A DNA stretch of 32,000 bases from Candidatus Saccharimonadota bacterium (GCA_046350815.1 JAXLZO010000001.1:60001-92000); one strand, 5' to 3'. Shown: positions 1 to 10,124, counted from the stretch's first letter. Notes: a model not told the origin generated them from the letters alone. A program made the numbers and translations.

Positions 1-678
1 ATGTGATCAGGCATAGAAGTGATTGCGCCTGATCATGAACAATTCACATTCACACATTCAAAATTCATGATTATTGATGATGCCTACATTGTATCATCAT
101 GAAACTTTGCCTACTCAAGCTTCAAAGATAACAAGGAATTTCTGATAATTTGAAAGAATGTTGAAGTTCATAACTATCTCATTCGTCTCTTTGAAAATGA
201 CAAGGAACATAAAATATTTCGTGAAATCATACCTGGAGTCTTTTTCTCTCCAGTTAATGCACGATCTACCATCGAACACGCAATAGAGAGCGCACAAACC
301 TCAATCGTACTGACAATGCAATCACTTGCAGACGAATCAATAATTAATCTACTCGAGTCAAAGGCGCAATCCGGGATAGATATATCCATATGCCTTGGTG
401 ACACAAAGAAAGTGGAATGAAACCACAAAGTAGCCGCACAACTTATAAAATCAGGAATCAGAGTAAGTGCTCCGAAAAAGCCATATATTCATACCAAATC
501 ACTCCTCATCGACGGATATGACTGGTATATAGGATCCATCAACTATACAGCTAATTCCATAGATCGAAACCGAGAACTCTGACTCTATCTGAGACTCGAT
601 GAACAGAGGTCAAAGGAGCATATGCAAGGTTATCACAAAATTTGTTCTACTCCTTACATACCAGTATGAAAAAAATAA
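1..678 (+). CDS. Phospholipase D / cardiolipin-synthase-like protein with two HKD motifs (5' end probably cut by window edge)
   Basis: Frame 1 is open from nt 1 to TAA 676-678 when TGA=Gly (six in-frame TGA). HSKFMIIDDAYIVSSGNF and HTKSLLIDGYDWYIGSINY both fit HxKx4Dx6G(S)xN. The Gly of the first GxN is a TGA codon. Confidence 0.7.
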
Positions 679-1814
679 CCCTTATGACCGCGCTCGGGGC
701 ATGAAATTTGGGTGATGAACTGATTGCTTGGTGCGAGTACCGATGTATGCGTGAATATTTTCCAGAAACACAAATCTTTGTATACAACTATGAAGATTCA
801 AATGGTCTTTTTTTAAAATTCGCAAAAAAAGACAAATCAGTACGCATGAGGCCATATTTTCCATTGAATATTTGCAAATATCCATTTCGTAATATAAGAG
901 CACTCTGGAAAATGATCTTTGATATTGCTACATCAGATCTCCTCATTATTGGAGGGGGTGGACTTTGGTACGATAATGAACTTGGACAAAACCCTCATAT
1001 TCAACGATTGCAATGGATGCTACGAGTATGGATCGCAAAAGCTTTTCGCACATCTATACTCTTTTGGTGAATTGGTATTGATGTTGATAAAAAACATATC
1101 GCAAAATATCGATCAATATTTTCTGGAAGCAATACTCAAATCATCGTGCGTGACCATCATAGTCATGATTTACTGGAAAAAATTTGAATCTCTTCAATCA
1201 TTTCAACCGATTCGGTTATTACACTTTCAAGATATTTTCAAGAACTTCTCACACAAAATAAATCAGAATCATCTGAGAAGCTTCATATTGGAATCAGCGT
1301 GCGTTCAGGGTATCACCATGATGAAATTGATATTTTGAAGGATGTTGTGGGGCAACTACGCGAAAAATACTCAAATTGTGTTATTTATGGGCTCTCATAT
1401 TCACATCGAGAGGACAATCCTATTATCAGCGATACAACGCTCCTAAAACTCTTAAATTTAGATCAAATCATCATTGATCACGCAGAGATCGTCAAGCTAC
1501 TACCAACGCTTGATATCATGATAGCCACTCGATTGCATGCGATGATCACCGCTCGTCTCCTCAAAATACCCACACTCTGCCTCTCTTATGCAAGAAAAAC
1601 ACGCGAAGTATTTGTAACACTCAATGATCTGTGATACTGATACGGCATTATCACAGATCTTCAAACACTCAATTATGAAAACATTGAGCATCTCTTGATA
1701 GAATTCGAAAAAGGAAGAAACAATTTTTGACAAACAAAGCACAAAATTCAAAGAGAAAATCTGACTGATGAGAAAACAATTCTCAATTGGATATCTCAAA
1801 AAAATCCATCATAG
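666..1814 (+). CDS. Polysaccharide pyruvyl transferase family protein (CsaB-like)
   Basis: ATG 666. Joins ORF-track pieces 708-1070 and 1299-1634 (same frame) through TGA codons. N-terminus MKKITLMTALGAGNLGDELI, plus IIGGGGL and ATRLHAMITA, are typical of the family. Stop TAG 1812-1814. Overlaps the upstream CDS by 13 nt. Confidence 0.65.
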
Positions 1815-1831
1815 CTATGATGGATTTTTTT
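1798..1831. terminator. Bidirectional rho-independent terminator (perfect palindrome AAAAAAATCCATCATAG|CTATGATGGATTTTTTT)
   Basis: Perfect 34-nt palindrome flanked by an A-run and a T-run. The centre TAGCTA carries the stop codons of both convergent genes. Confidence 0.75.
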
Positions 1832-2318
1832 GAGCACATGGACATTGAAGAAGAAATTCGTTTCGAAACCGAGAATACGTGAGACCAATTGTTTGATACG
1901 TATCAAACAAAGATCGTGCAATACTCGTCATTCCAAGTTGAGATGAACAGTATTCACAGAAATTCATATGGTATACCTCGAGCGCAAGTTTCGCTTGAAA
2001 AGTGTTTTGCCAGAAACACCATTCATCTGGAGGTTGAGCATAGAGATCCATCTCATCAGTAATACTATTGAGAATTTCCTGTTCATCATGAAGAAGTACA
2101 TCACAGTTTGACTGAGTCAACACTGCAACCCCCTGAACAGGAAGAGGAAGATAACCCTGGGTTCGTGAGAGTCGACAGAGCTGTCCATTAAACCGATAAA
2201 GTATGTTTGATTCACTTGATTGATAAGATCATCACACATCTTTGGATGTTTGACTCGCATCTACGTCCAGAAGAGTAGAGGCACTTGGAGCGTTCATATA
2301 TAGGTAATATCGAGACAT
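1815..2318 (-). CDS. Hypothetical protein (~167 aa)
   Basis: Table-25 extension of ORF 1815-2123 upstream through two TGA codons to ATG 2316-2318. A TAA at 2364-2366 closes the upstream gene in the same frame. No recognisable motif. Start is uncertain. Confidence 0.45.
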
Positions 2319-2363
2319 TCTCGACGAATAGTCCAAGAAATCAAGGGAAAATTTCCTTTTCTG

Positions 2364-3320
2364 TTATTTTGGCAAAATACGCACTGTTCAAGTGCGTGTA
2401 TCGATGCACATATGTCTTCCAAGTGGTACTGGCATTTGAGGGCTTATATGACCAAAAAGAGCATTTCCAATAATAGGGAAATCATAGTCAGCAAAGACAT
2501 CATCGAGGGTCAACCATGGATTTGTCAGTGTGGCAGCATAATTTTGTAAAATGCCTTGTTGCCATACTCACCAAACAATTCCATTGATCCGATCAAATAT
2601 CCCACGAGATTTCCAACTCATGAGCACACGACGCACACCACCGAGCGAGAGCTCACTGCATTCCTCGAGGCAAAGGATCGCACCATCCCATTTTGGCTCG
2701 TATAACGTACCATAGAGGAGATCGAGAGTAGAGAGATTACCAGCTATTATATGACCATCTGTCTCACCATGACGAAGAACTATGGGGCCAGGAAGTGAGA
2801 CAATTTTGTGAGGATAGATATCTTCATCGGCAGAATAGTCAAATACATTATGAGCAAAATGCAGCTCATAAGAATCATTCAAACCACGAAATCGCTCAAA
2901 AATATATCAGAATGATTCGAGAGATCCAAATCATCATTTCATAAGTGTTCGCATATTGGGCATATGCCATGGTTCAAGGAGTGAATGATGACTTGCTGCT
3001 AGAAGTAATGCCGTTGTATCGCTAAATCACGCGATGATTTTATGATGAGAAATCTTTGAAAAATCAATATAGGGCAGTACTTCATTCGCACATGCTCCCC
3101 CACTATACGCCCAGATCATATCAACCTCACTATCTCTGAAAAACCGATTAATATCTCTTGCTCGCTCCATCGGTGACACTCATTCAACACACGACCAAAA
3201 ACCATCTCACACAACACATGTAATATCAAAAAGTTTTTCAATAACATATAATCCATGATGGAAAAAATAATCATTTTTCGGGGGATTCTGAGAGAGATTG
3301 ATAATACCAATTTTCTTCAT
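2364..3320 (-). CDS. LD-carboxypeptidase, peptidase S66 family (LdcA/MccF-like)
   Basis: ATG 3320 (MKKIGIINLS). IAGFSDTTAL nucleophile motif (its Gly is TGA). IAGNLSTLDLLYGTLYEPKWDGAILCLEE. C-terminal FGHISPQMPVPLG. About 8 in-frame TGA. True stop TAA 2364-2366. Confidence 0.8.
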
Positions 3321-3366
3321 ACAAAAAGAATCAAAGAAATTGTGTGTATCATATGATTTCTTGATG

Positions 3367-3394
3367 AAAAAAGAAGCAATTAAGCTTCTTTTTT
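3367..3394. terminator. Hairpin terminator (AAGAAGC-aattaa-GCTTCTT, flanked by A and T runs)
   Basis: 7-bp stem with flanking A/T runs. The stop codon (3380-3382) of the minus-strand membrane-protein gene lies in the loop. Confidence 0.6.
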
Positions 3395-3770
3395 AGTGGC
3401 CTTATTTTCATCCTCGGTGCGATATCGATAGATAAACCGAAAATGTGGAATAAATATTAGAAGAGAAAGCAATCCCCAAACAGCGCTTGATATTCCTGTT
3501 TGTTTCGTTTCCAGTGATCTCTGTGTGAGCGATTGCTTTTTTGCATCCGCCATACATTGATCGTAGGTTTTTTGTGGAGCTGTCGATCCTGTCGCAATCT
3601 TGAGATTCTCAGGAGTACATTGATATTCATAGCCACCTCGATTCGTAAGATACTCCTCATCAGTGATAACAAGATGATTGAGAAGCGTAGAAAAAAGAAC
3701 ACCCAGAGAAATAAGCGAACCAACGAGACCGACGATAGTAGCAACTGCAATATAAATACGAAAAACAATA
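3380..3770 (-). pseudogene. 3' fragment of a small two-TM membrane protein gene interrupted by the IS element
   Basis: Frame reads IVFRIYIAVATIVGLVGSLISLGVLFSTLLNHLVITDEEYL...GISSAVWGLLSLLIFIPHFRFIYRYRTEDENKATKKEA*. It has no in-frame start, because a TAA lies just upstream inside the IS. The missing ATG and first codons are at 4524-4541. Confidence 0.7.
3764..3770. repeat. Target-site duplication AACAATA (left copy)
   Basis: Identical 7-mer immediately outside both IS termini (3764-3770 and 4524-4530). Confidence 0.75.
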
Positions 3771-3785
3771 GGGTCTAAACCAGTT
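3771..3785. repeat. IS left terminal inverted repeat
   Basis: GGGTCTAAACCAGTT, the exact reverse complement of 4509-4523. Confidence 0.85.
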
Positions 3786-3817
3786 GACAGGATAAATTAT
3801 CCCATAAACTTGGCTCT

Positions 3818-4510
3818 ATGATCAGTAAAACTACCTATAGGAAAAAATCACGAATTTGAGATGCAAAAATAAGAGAAATTGTGAAATATTTTTCTCTGGA
3901 TTTTACTTCAGATAAAACAGCGGTATTAACAGGTCTCAATCCAAAAACAACACAGGATTGGTATAGATATATCAGAAAGGCGATAGCCTTTCTCTGTGAG
4001 AGAGAAAAGAATGAAATATGGACTGGAAATGTTGAGATAGATGAGAGTTACTTCTGACCAACAAGAGTCCGATGAAAGAGAGGAAGGTGAGCTGGTATGA
4101 AGACAATAGTCTTTGGTTTACTCAAAAGAAACTGAAAAGTATATACTGAGATAGTTCCTGATGTAAAAGCAAGGACTCTCGTGCCAATCATTCGATGAAA
4201 ACTTCGTATAGAAGAGTCTGAGATTAACAGTGATGGATGGTGAGCTTATGATGGGCTTGTAGATATTGGATATGAGAAACACTACCGTGTTCATCACGGA
4301 GCAAATGAATTTGCAAGATGAACTCAACACATTAATTGAATAGAGTCATTTTGGAGTTATACCAAAAGAAGACTCTCTCAATTCAATGGAATCAAGAAAG
4401 TCTACTTCTACTATTTTTTGAAAGAATCTGAATTCAGATATAATTGTCGTATTCAATGAAAAGATATTTATAAGGAAGTGCTAAAGTTACTTCGTCAATA
4501 TAACCCGTAA
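3818..4510 (+). CDS. IS1595-family (ISXO2-like DDE) transposase, 230 aa
   Basis: Table-25 reading gives ...VEIDESYFGPTRVRGKRGRGAGMKTIVFGLLKRNGKVYTEIVPDVKARTLVPII...SDGWGAYDGL...HHGANEFARGTQHINGIESFWSYTKRRL...YFLKESEFRYN, the DDE_Tnp_IS1595 signature. Ten in-frame TGA. Stop TAA 4508-4510. Confidence 0.85.
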
Positions 4511-4523
4511 CTGGTTTAGACCC
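4509..4523. repeat. IS right terminal inverted repeat
   Basis: AACTGGTTTAGACCC. Overlaps the transposase stop codon. Confidence 0.85.
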
Positions 4524-4530
4524 AACAATA
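4524..4530. repeat. Target-site duplication AACAATA (right copy)
   Basis: Identical to 3764-3770. Confidence 0.75.
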
Positions 4531-4541
4531 TTAGTACGCAT
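4524..4541 (-). pseudogene. 5' fragment (ATG CGT ACT AAT ATT GTT = MRTNIV) of the IS-interrupted membrane protein gene
   Basis: Removing 3771-4530 joins this in frame to 3380-3770, giving MRTNIVFRIYIAVAT... (about 133 aa). Confidence 0.65.
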
Positions 4542-4641
4542 AAGTAGAGAATAAGGAACGTAGAGAAAGTATAGACGAAAACTCTCTCTTGCAAAATCTG
4601 ATTCTTCCCTATAATCAAATCGTTGTTCCAACCCAACCTCC

Positions 4642-4719
4642 GGCACCATGGCAGAGTGGTCAATTGCAAGGGCCTGCAAAGCTCTAAAGTCATCGGTTCA
4701 AATCCGATTGGTGCCTCCA
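4642..4719 (+). tRNA. tRNA-Cys: tRNA-Cys (anticodon GCA), CCA encoded
   Basis: Acceptor GGCACCA/TGGTGCC. D arm GCAG/TTGC. Anticodon arm AGGGC-CTGCAAA-GCTCT (U33, GCA, A37). T arm ATCGG-TTCAAAT-CCGAT. Discriminator U73 at 4716, followed by CCA. Confidence 0.9.
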
Positions 4720-4729
4720 AAAAATAGAG

Positions 4730-4761
4730 AAAAATCCAGATTATAATAATCTGGATTTTTT
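4730..4761. terminator. Bidirectional terminator (AAAAATCCAGATTA...TAATCTGGATTTTT)
   Basis: 14-nt inverted repeat with A/T runs, between the tRNA-Cys 3' end and the stop of the minus-strand gene at 4808. Confidence 0.7.
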
Positions 4762-4807
4762 CATATATATCTAAATTCTGCCTCGAGAATTCTGAATATG
4801 ATGAATA

Positions 4808-5056
4808 TTATTCATTTTTATGAAGAAACTGTTTCACAAAATTTTTCGTTAATACAAGCATAAGTCCGCCAATAATGAGGGAAACCCATGCTGAGAGAGT
4901 ATAATTATGAGGGAATACAAATACATCTGCAAGATGCCACACTCCTCGCCAAAAAAGAATGATCCCAGCTGCCACAATAAAAGCCTCGCTCATTTCTTTC
5001 CATCTATCAAGACTATTTTTTTCTTTTCGTATTATTCTCATAAAATATTTGAGCAT
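4808..5056 (-). CDS. Small membrane protein (82 aa), unknown function
   Basis: Intact ORF ending in TAA. Two hydrophobic helices (FIVAAGIILFWRGVWHL and AWVSLIIGGLMLVL). Confidence 0.55.
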   Translation of the reverse strand: MLKYFMRIIRKEKNSLDRWKEMSEAFIVAAGIILFWRGVWHLADVFVFPHNYTLSAWVSLIIGGLMLVLTKNFVKQFLHKNE

Positions 5057-5203
5057 AGTAAAATTATTTATTTCAATGAGTGTATCACATACTCAATTTT
5101 CGAGCAAATAATCCGTACATCCATGTTTCTTCTCTAAAAATAGAAAACAGATAAGTACAATTTCACGAATTTCATATAATCAATCACAATTCTTGTCTTC
5201 TCT

Positions 5204-5629
5204 ATGAAAAATAGCTTATTTCGAAATCTTCCACCACCCAATAAAGACTATACACAACCAACCCGATCAACAGTGATGTTCCAAGGAAACTTCCGAGATG
5301 AACTCCAAAAAACCATAGATCTTATGGAACAAACGATTGAAGAATACAAAGAAGATGCCTTTGAGATAGATTCAGTGATGGCTGGCGGTCACAATCTGAA
5401 AATCCGACTCACTGAGAATGAACACAACACTGAAATGATCATAAATTGTGTCTTTCGATATCATCACAAAGACGAAAAATACGGATATATTGATATTGAT
5501 CTCACTACATCTGGATTCTGAAGGAAATCAGAATATTACTATGTTGGAAAATTCTCTATCCTCGATCGTGACACGATACAAGAGAGGATTCTTGCAGAAA
5601 TCATAGAATGCATGAAAGAGATATACTAA
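5204..5629 (+). CDS. Hypothetical protein (141 aa)
   Basis: ORF 5204-5521 continues through one TGA to TAA 5627-5629 and is followed by a terminator. No recognisable motif. Confidence 0.5.
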
Positions 5630-5680
5630 ATCATGCACTCAAGATTTTGAGAAAATTCAAATTTGAATATGACAATCCTC

Positions 5681-5727
5681 AAAAAAAAAAAAGAAAATAT
5701 TTCCATAGAGAAATATTTTCTTTTTTT
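5681..5727. terminator. Hairpin terminator (AGAAAATATTTC-cataga-GAAATATTTTCT) with a 12-A run and a T run
   Basis: 12-bp perfect stem at 5692-5703 / 5710-5721. Confidence 0.7.
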
Positions 5728-5774
5728 GAAGAAATATAGTAGAGTGATCATATCAACCATCATGTACAGACTCT

Positions 5775-7340
5775 ATGTATTCAAACTTTGTATCACTCCA
5801 TGACATTCTTACCAATCAATCCATCGATAATACTAATATCAGAAGCTGGATTGAGAATAATATCGAAAAGGAAGCAACACTCCAAACCCTCCTTGCGGAG
5901 ATTCAAAATGACCCAAAATATTTTCATATATTCTTGGAATATGCGGAGATAAGTATTCGCAAGTGGAACTATGTACACCCTCAGATACTTGGTTGTATTC
6001 GCTATCTTTGTCTTCATTTTCGAGAGCTCTCCAATCACAATAGCTACATTACTGACTTCTTGAACAGCTATCAATGAGATGCTCTCTTTGCAAACAAGCA
6101 GACACTTGAGTGTTTTACTGGGCATGATCCAGAAAAACTCGATGAACATCTCCTCTATCGATTAGTGAGTTATTTTATAAGCTATTATCACAAAAATCTT
6201 CTTCTTCAAGAAAAAACTCCATTTTTTCAAAAAGCGCTTGAGACGGTCGCCAAGATTGCTCCAGAGAGAATTCATGATCTGATCGAGTATAGAATTGAAA
6301 TCTTATTTGAGTACTTTAACTACTCTCTTAAGAGTGGTTATGATTTCTATTTTTCCATCACAAAAACATGAGGAAAGAGGGTATTATCATCAGACAAAGA
6401 GCTTGCATATCTCAAGCGATTGGGTGAAGATGCCATTTTTTCAGCTATCAAAAGCATGGATTTTGATCTCTTTACTTTTTTTATCGATCGATTTGCCGAT
6501 GCAACCGGAAGCAATGGAATCCATTTCCTCGGATTTCAAGACCTTCTCTCACTCGAAAATGAAAAAAGATTTTATCTCTCTATTATCTATAAAACACTCC
6601 TATTTGATCGTAGAGAATCACATGACTTCCTACGATTCGTGCTCAATCAAATGAACAAAAGAAAAGGGAAAATCTTCATTGAAAATCGATTTGGAGGACT
6701 AGAAAATGTTCTGAGCCTTATGAGAGACTCATGAATATCAATATTTGAGAGTATTCCAGAACTCACAGAATTCGTCAGCATTGTTGATGCAAACGAGACC
6801 TACATATGGAGTTTTTGTCAGTACATTGATCTTTTTTATGATCAAATAACACTGAAATCAGAGAGGAATATTGTTGAATTGCTACACCATACCAACATAC
6901 AACATACAAAATTTAAGAAGAAGCTCTACGATTTTATCACAGTGCAGCTTCTACGATACCATGGACTCCGATCTTTTTTAGCAATTCAGGAACAATACAA
7001 TCTCATCGAAAATCCTGATGATGCGAGAGATATAAAGAAAATGCTCCTTGATACAAGTATATACCATCTCAAACGACAATCATACACCACTCTCGAAAAA
7101 TATCTCTCACTCTTATTCACCTCATTTCAGCTTCATAGTTTTGAAATGGAATCACTTATGACGAACATATCTCAATGAAATGGCAAAATGAAGTATATCC
7201 TGATGCGCGTGGTGAAAAAAAGAGGCATAGGTGAGATGAGTCCATATTCATACAGAAGCATCAAGGAAAAATGTTTCTTTCAGTCACATTTTCCACTCAG
7301 CATATATCATATGATCAAAAGAATAACGGAGAAAAAATAG
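5775..7340 (+). CDS. Hypothetical protein (521 aa), apparently helical, no recognised domain
   Basis: ORF-track pieces 5775-6077, 6165-6371, 6420-6734 and 6879-7178 share one frame. They are separated only by TGA, with no TAA/TAG until 7338-7340. Confidence 0.6.
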
Positions 7341-7369
7341 ACCTATTCATCCTATCTAACTCACTTATT

Positions 7370-7891
7370 ATGCAAGAAATCGAAGCAAAAATTCTAGGCA
7401 TTAACCCAGTTGAACTCGAGTCAAAACTCACAGCGATTGGAGCACAACGAATCATAAAAAGAACAATGAAAAATACCTTCTTTGAGAATACTGAAGGTAT
7501 TTTTCTCAGACTTCGCCAAGATGGAGATAGATATATTCTCACCCGCAAGATTATGACAGTAAGTGAGAATATTGGTATCAAATCAGCACAAGAGCTTGAG
7601 ACAGATGTATCAGATCCCGCTGCACTGATCCAAATACTTGAGAGCATCGGATTTAGCGAGTGAAGAACTCTCTCAAAGATACGAACCACCTATACCCTTG
7701 GTGACAATATTCACATAGAGATCGATGAATACCCGAATATTCCACCACTTCTCGAGATCGAGGCACCGAGCGAAGATATTATTCTTTCCCTTGCCAAACA
7801 ACTTGGATACACTCAATCTGATCTCTCCAGTCTCTCAACACTCGGACTGGAAGAACACTACGGAGTCACTCTTCAAGAAACCAACCGATAA
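7370..7891 (+). CDS. CYTH-domain protein (class IV adenylate cyclase / triphosphatase family)
   Basis: Starts MQEIEAKIL (ExExK signature). Also LRLRQDG, ILTRK, ELETDV and IEIDEYPNIPPLLEIE. One in-frame TGA. Stop TAA 7889-7891. Confidence 0.7.
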
Positions 7892-9133
7892 TTATCTAGC
7901 ATTGTCGGGTATTTTATAACGAGAAGGAGGAAGAGTGGTAAGTGCAAAAATGAAAATAATCCAATGACTCACACTCGCAATATTCAGACTGAAAAAAAGA
8001 AGAAACAAAATCATCACTTCACGCTGCCAAGGAGCCTGCATATTGCAAAATGAACGCACAAGAATGAAGAGGAAAACAGTAAATCAAACAACTCAAAAAC
8101 TGAAGAATATATCGAGGAAAATATTGTGAAAACTATGAATGGATCATCCTTCTTGGATATATGGAAGCAGGGATGCGACAGGATGGTCAGAGAGAACGAG
8201 ATCCAACGTATCTGGTCAATGTCCTATAAAGAAATGAAGTGAACTATCACTCGAGAGTACTATTCCCGCTTGCCACAAGTCAAACCTCGTCATGAAATTT
8301 CACACCTTTCATGGAAACAAAGAAATACCTACAAAAAAAGAGACAAAGAGAAGAACACTAGCACTATATCCAATCCAACGCTGATCTGAACGCAACATAT
8401 GATATCATCGATAGATGCCATATCAGACAGATAAGACAATCGCCGTCAGGCTCTGTGTGAGGAGAAGCAAGCTCAAGAGCATACATACAATAATGCATCG
8501 ATACCACGGAGAGAACGAAGAAGTAAAAACTATTGGAATCAAGAGAAGAGCATAGCCTGCAAGATAAGCAGAATTTCCAAAAGTAGCAAATACTGGATGT
8601 ACAAAAGCTGTCAAAGTATAGTTATCAAAGAGTGGATCAAGACGAAAGTATTGGATGATACTATAGAGAAAAATAGGTGGAATAGTATGTATCGTCATCC
8701 TCATAATTCTTTCATACATTGCTGGACGAAGAATATATTGCAAAATTGATCCAAAAAGAAAAAGTCACAAGAAGAACACCCCACCTTGAAGCCGTTCAGA
8801 TGATCCAATGAGTGCACCTATTGAATAGGCACTCAGTCATAGAGATAATAAAATACTCAAAGGAATAAGGAGGAAAATTGGTTTTATATGCATCTTTTTT
8901 TCTCCAAATATCATTTGCGAAACAACCAACAAACAAATACAAAGCGTAAGAGCAAGAAAAAGTACCACCTTTACGCTCTCATACGAATAAATAGGATAGA
9001 GTGGTAAATAAACGCCAAATAAATCAGTGATATGAGCAAATACCAGCGGAATAGAAACGTAAGTAACAAGAAAAATAACTCCGATGGTCTTCTCAAGAAA
9101 GGATAGTGGTGCGAGTGTATTGGGAGAGTTCAT
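7892..9133 (-). CDS. O-antigen ligase (Wzy_C) family multi-pass membrane protein
   Basis: Pieces 8837-9133 and 8423-8743 plus the downstream sequence form one frame through about 12 TGA. Contains ATFGNSAYLAGYALL, GHGPDT and IHSFHNIFLDIFFSFGVVG. Stop TAA 7892-7894 abuts the CYTH stop. Confidence 0.65.
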
Positions 9134-9272
9134 ATTTTTATAGGGTAGATAAGAATTTCTTGTATTCCATCAAACACTCTATCATTCTTGTCTGTGAGTC
9201 AGTACATATCAATGGGTTTTGCGCGATGTCATCTCCTGTGTACTCTTTTTCAAAGAAAATGCAATATAATAC

Positions 9273-9297
9273 AAAAACCTCACAAAGTGAGGCTTTT
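9273..9297 (-). terminator. Terminator (CCTCAC-aaa-GTGAGG)
   Basis: 6-bp GC-rich stem followed by a T run on the minus strand, just downstream of the stop at 9315. Confidence 0.55.
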
Positions 9298-9314
9298 GAG
9301 AGGGAAAATCAGGT

Positions 9315-9599
9315 CTAAGATGAGGGTCTATTTGGCAGATTTTGCTTTGCCTCATCCTTGATCCGATTGAGTGCTTCACTCAGCACAGCGAGACGCTTGT
9401 TATGAGTTGAAGTTTTCAACACTTCATTTTTGAAGACAGTATTGATCTTCTGGCGAACAGATTGCCACTGCTTATCCTTCCAAAGACTCACAATATCCCA
9501 AAGCATTTGATGATTTGCATCGCTCAAATGCTCAAGATCCTTTTCAAGTTCTTCGAGAATATTGGCCAAGGTGACACCATCTTGTTGTGTCTCATACAT
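9315..9599 (-). CDS. Small hypothetical protein (~94 aa), helical, TGA-free
   Basis: MYETQQDGVTLANILEELEKDLEHL... AGGAG lies 7 nt upstream of ATG 9599 (alternative ATG at 9605). Stop TAG. GC is visibly above the local background. Confidence 0.55.
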   Translation of the reverse strand: MYETQQDGVTLANILEELEKDLEHLSDANHQMLWDIVSLWKDKQWQSVRQKINTVFKNEVLKTSTHNKRLAVLSEALNRIKDEAKQNLPNRPSS

Positions 9600-9642
9600 A
9601 TCCATTCTCCTAATTTTGGATGATGATTTTATGAACAATATA

Positions 9643-9671
9643 TATTTAATCTTTTTGTGATTTCTTGTCAA
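9643..9671 (-). promoter_or_regulatory. Putative sigma70-type promoter (TTGACA-17-TAAATA)
   Basis: Consensus -35 at 9666-9671. The -10 is weaker. Confidence 0.35.
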
Positions 9672-9720
9672 ATCTATCTTAATGAGCAAATACACAAGAT
9701 GCGGTAATACGAGATATTCA

Positions 9721-9751
9721 AAAAAAGCCCTGATCAGTATTGATCAGGGCT
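9721..9751 (-). terminator. Terminator (GCCCTGATCA-gtat-TGATCAGGGC plus T6 on the minus strand)
   Basis: 10-bp perfect stem, immediately downstream of the stop at 9765. Confidence 0.75.
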
Positions 9752-9764
9752 TAGAATAAAGACA

Positions 9765-10049
9765 CTATCCTGTCGGAGAAATAGTTTTGAGCATTCGCTC
9801 AGCGCCATCATCAAGCTGCTTGTCGAGTTCGCGAATCCAATGACGAACTTTCGTCACAAACTGCAGAGCAAACTGCTCAACATATCCACGACCAAGCTTT
9901 TGATACGCAAGTTTCTGGAATTCCTCCAGAACCCACTTCGTGACAACCTTGGGCGTCTTGCATATATCAACGAAGGAACGATGCAGACCACCAAGATCAC
10001 TCTTGAAGGTTGCGGCTGTTTTTGGCTTTTTCGCCATTTTTTTCTCCAT
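9765..10049 (-). CDS. Small hypothetical basic/helical protein (~90-94 aa), TGA-free, GC-elevated
   Basis: MEKKMAKKPKTAATFKSDLGGLHRSFVDICK... A purine-rich GGTGGA/GGAG motif lies upstream of ATG 10049 (alternative ATG at 10037). A 100-nt sample counted about 47% GC. Confidence 0.55.
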   Translation of the reverse strand: MEKKMAKKPKTAATFKSDLGGLHRSFVDICKTPKVVTKWVLEEFQKLAYQKLGRGYVEQFALQFVTKVRHWIRELDKQLDDGAERMLKTISPTG

Positions 10050-10124
10050 TCCATCCACCGTTTCCGCCTTCCGATGAACAGATATTTGTGATGATTGGTT
10101 GGTGCGATTTATGCGGATCGGATG

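Larger units (their letters stand above)
3771..4523 (+). mobile_element. IS1595-family insertion sequence (753 bp), complete
   Basis: 15-bp perfect terminal inverted repeats GGGTCTAAACCAGTT (3771-3785) / AACTGGTTTAGACCC (4509-4523). 7-bp direct repeats outside both ends. A single ISXO2-like DDE transposase ORF fills the element. Confidence 0.85.

Noticed and set aside
3457-3768. ORF-track entries 3457-3768 (-) and 3533-3778 (+) as real genes
   Set aside because: A different minus-strand frame gives a convincing two-TM protein whose stop lies in the terminator loop. Its missing start is recovered across the IS insertion. The listed frames translate to Cys/Arg/Leu-rich nonsense.
9315-10049. 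The two ~94-aa genes as a toxin-antitoxin pair
   Set aside because: A strong terminator and a separate promoter lie between them, so they are not an operon. Neither shows a known toxin or antitoxin motif.
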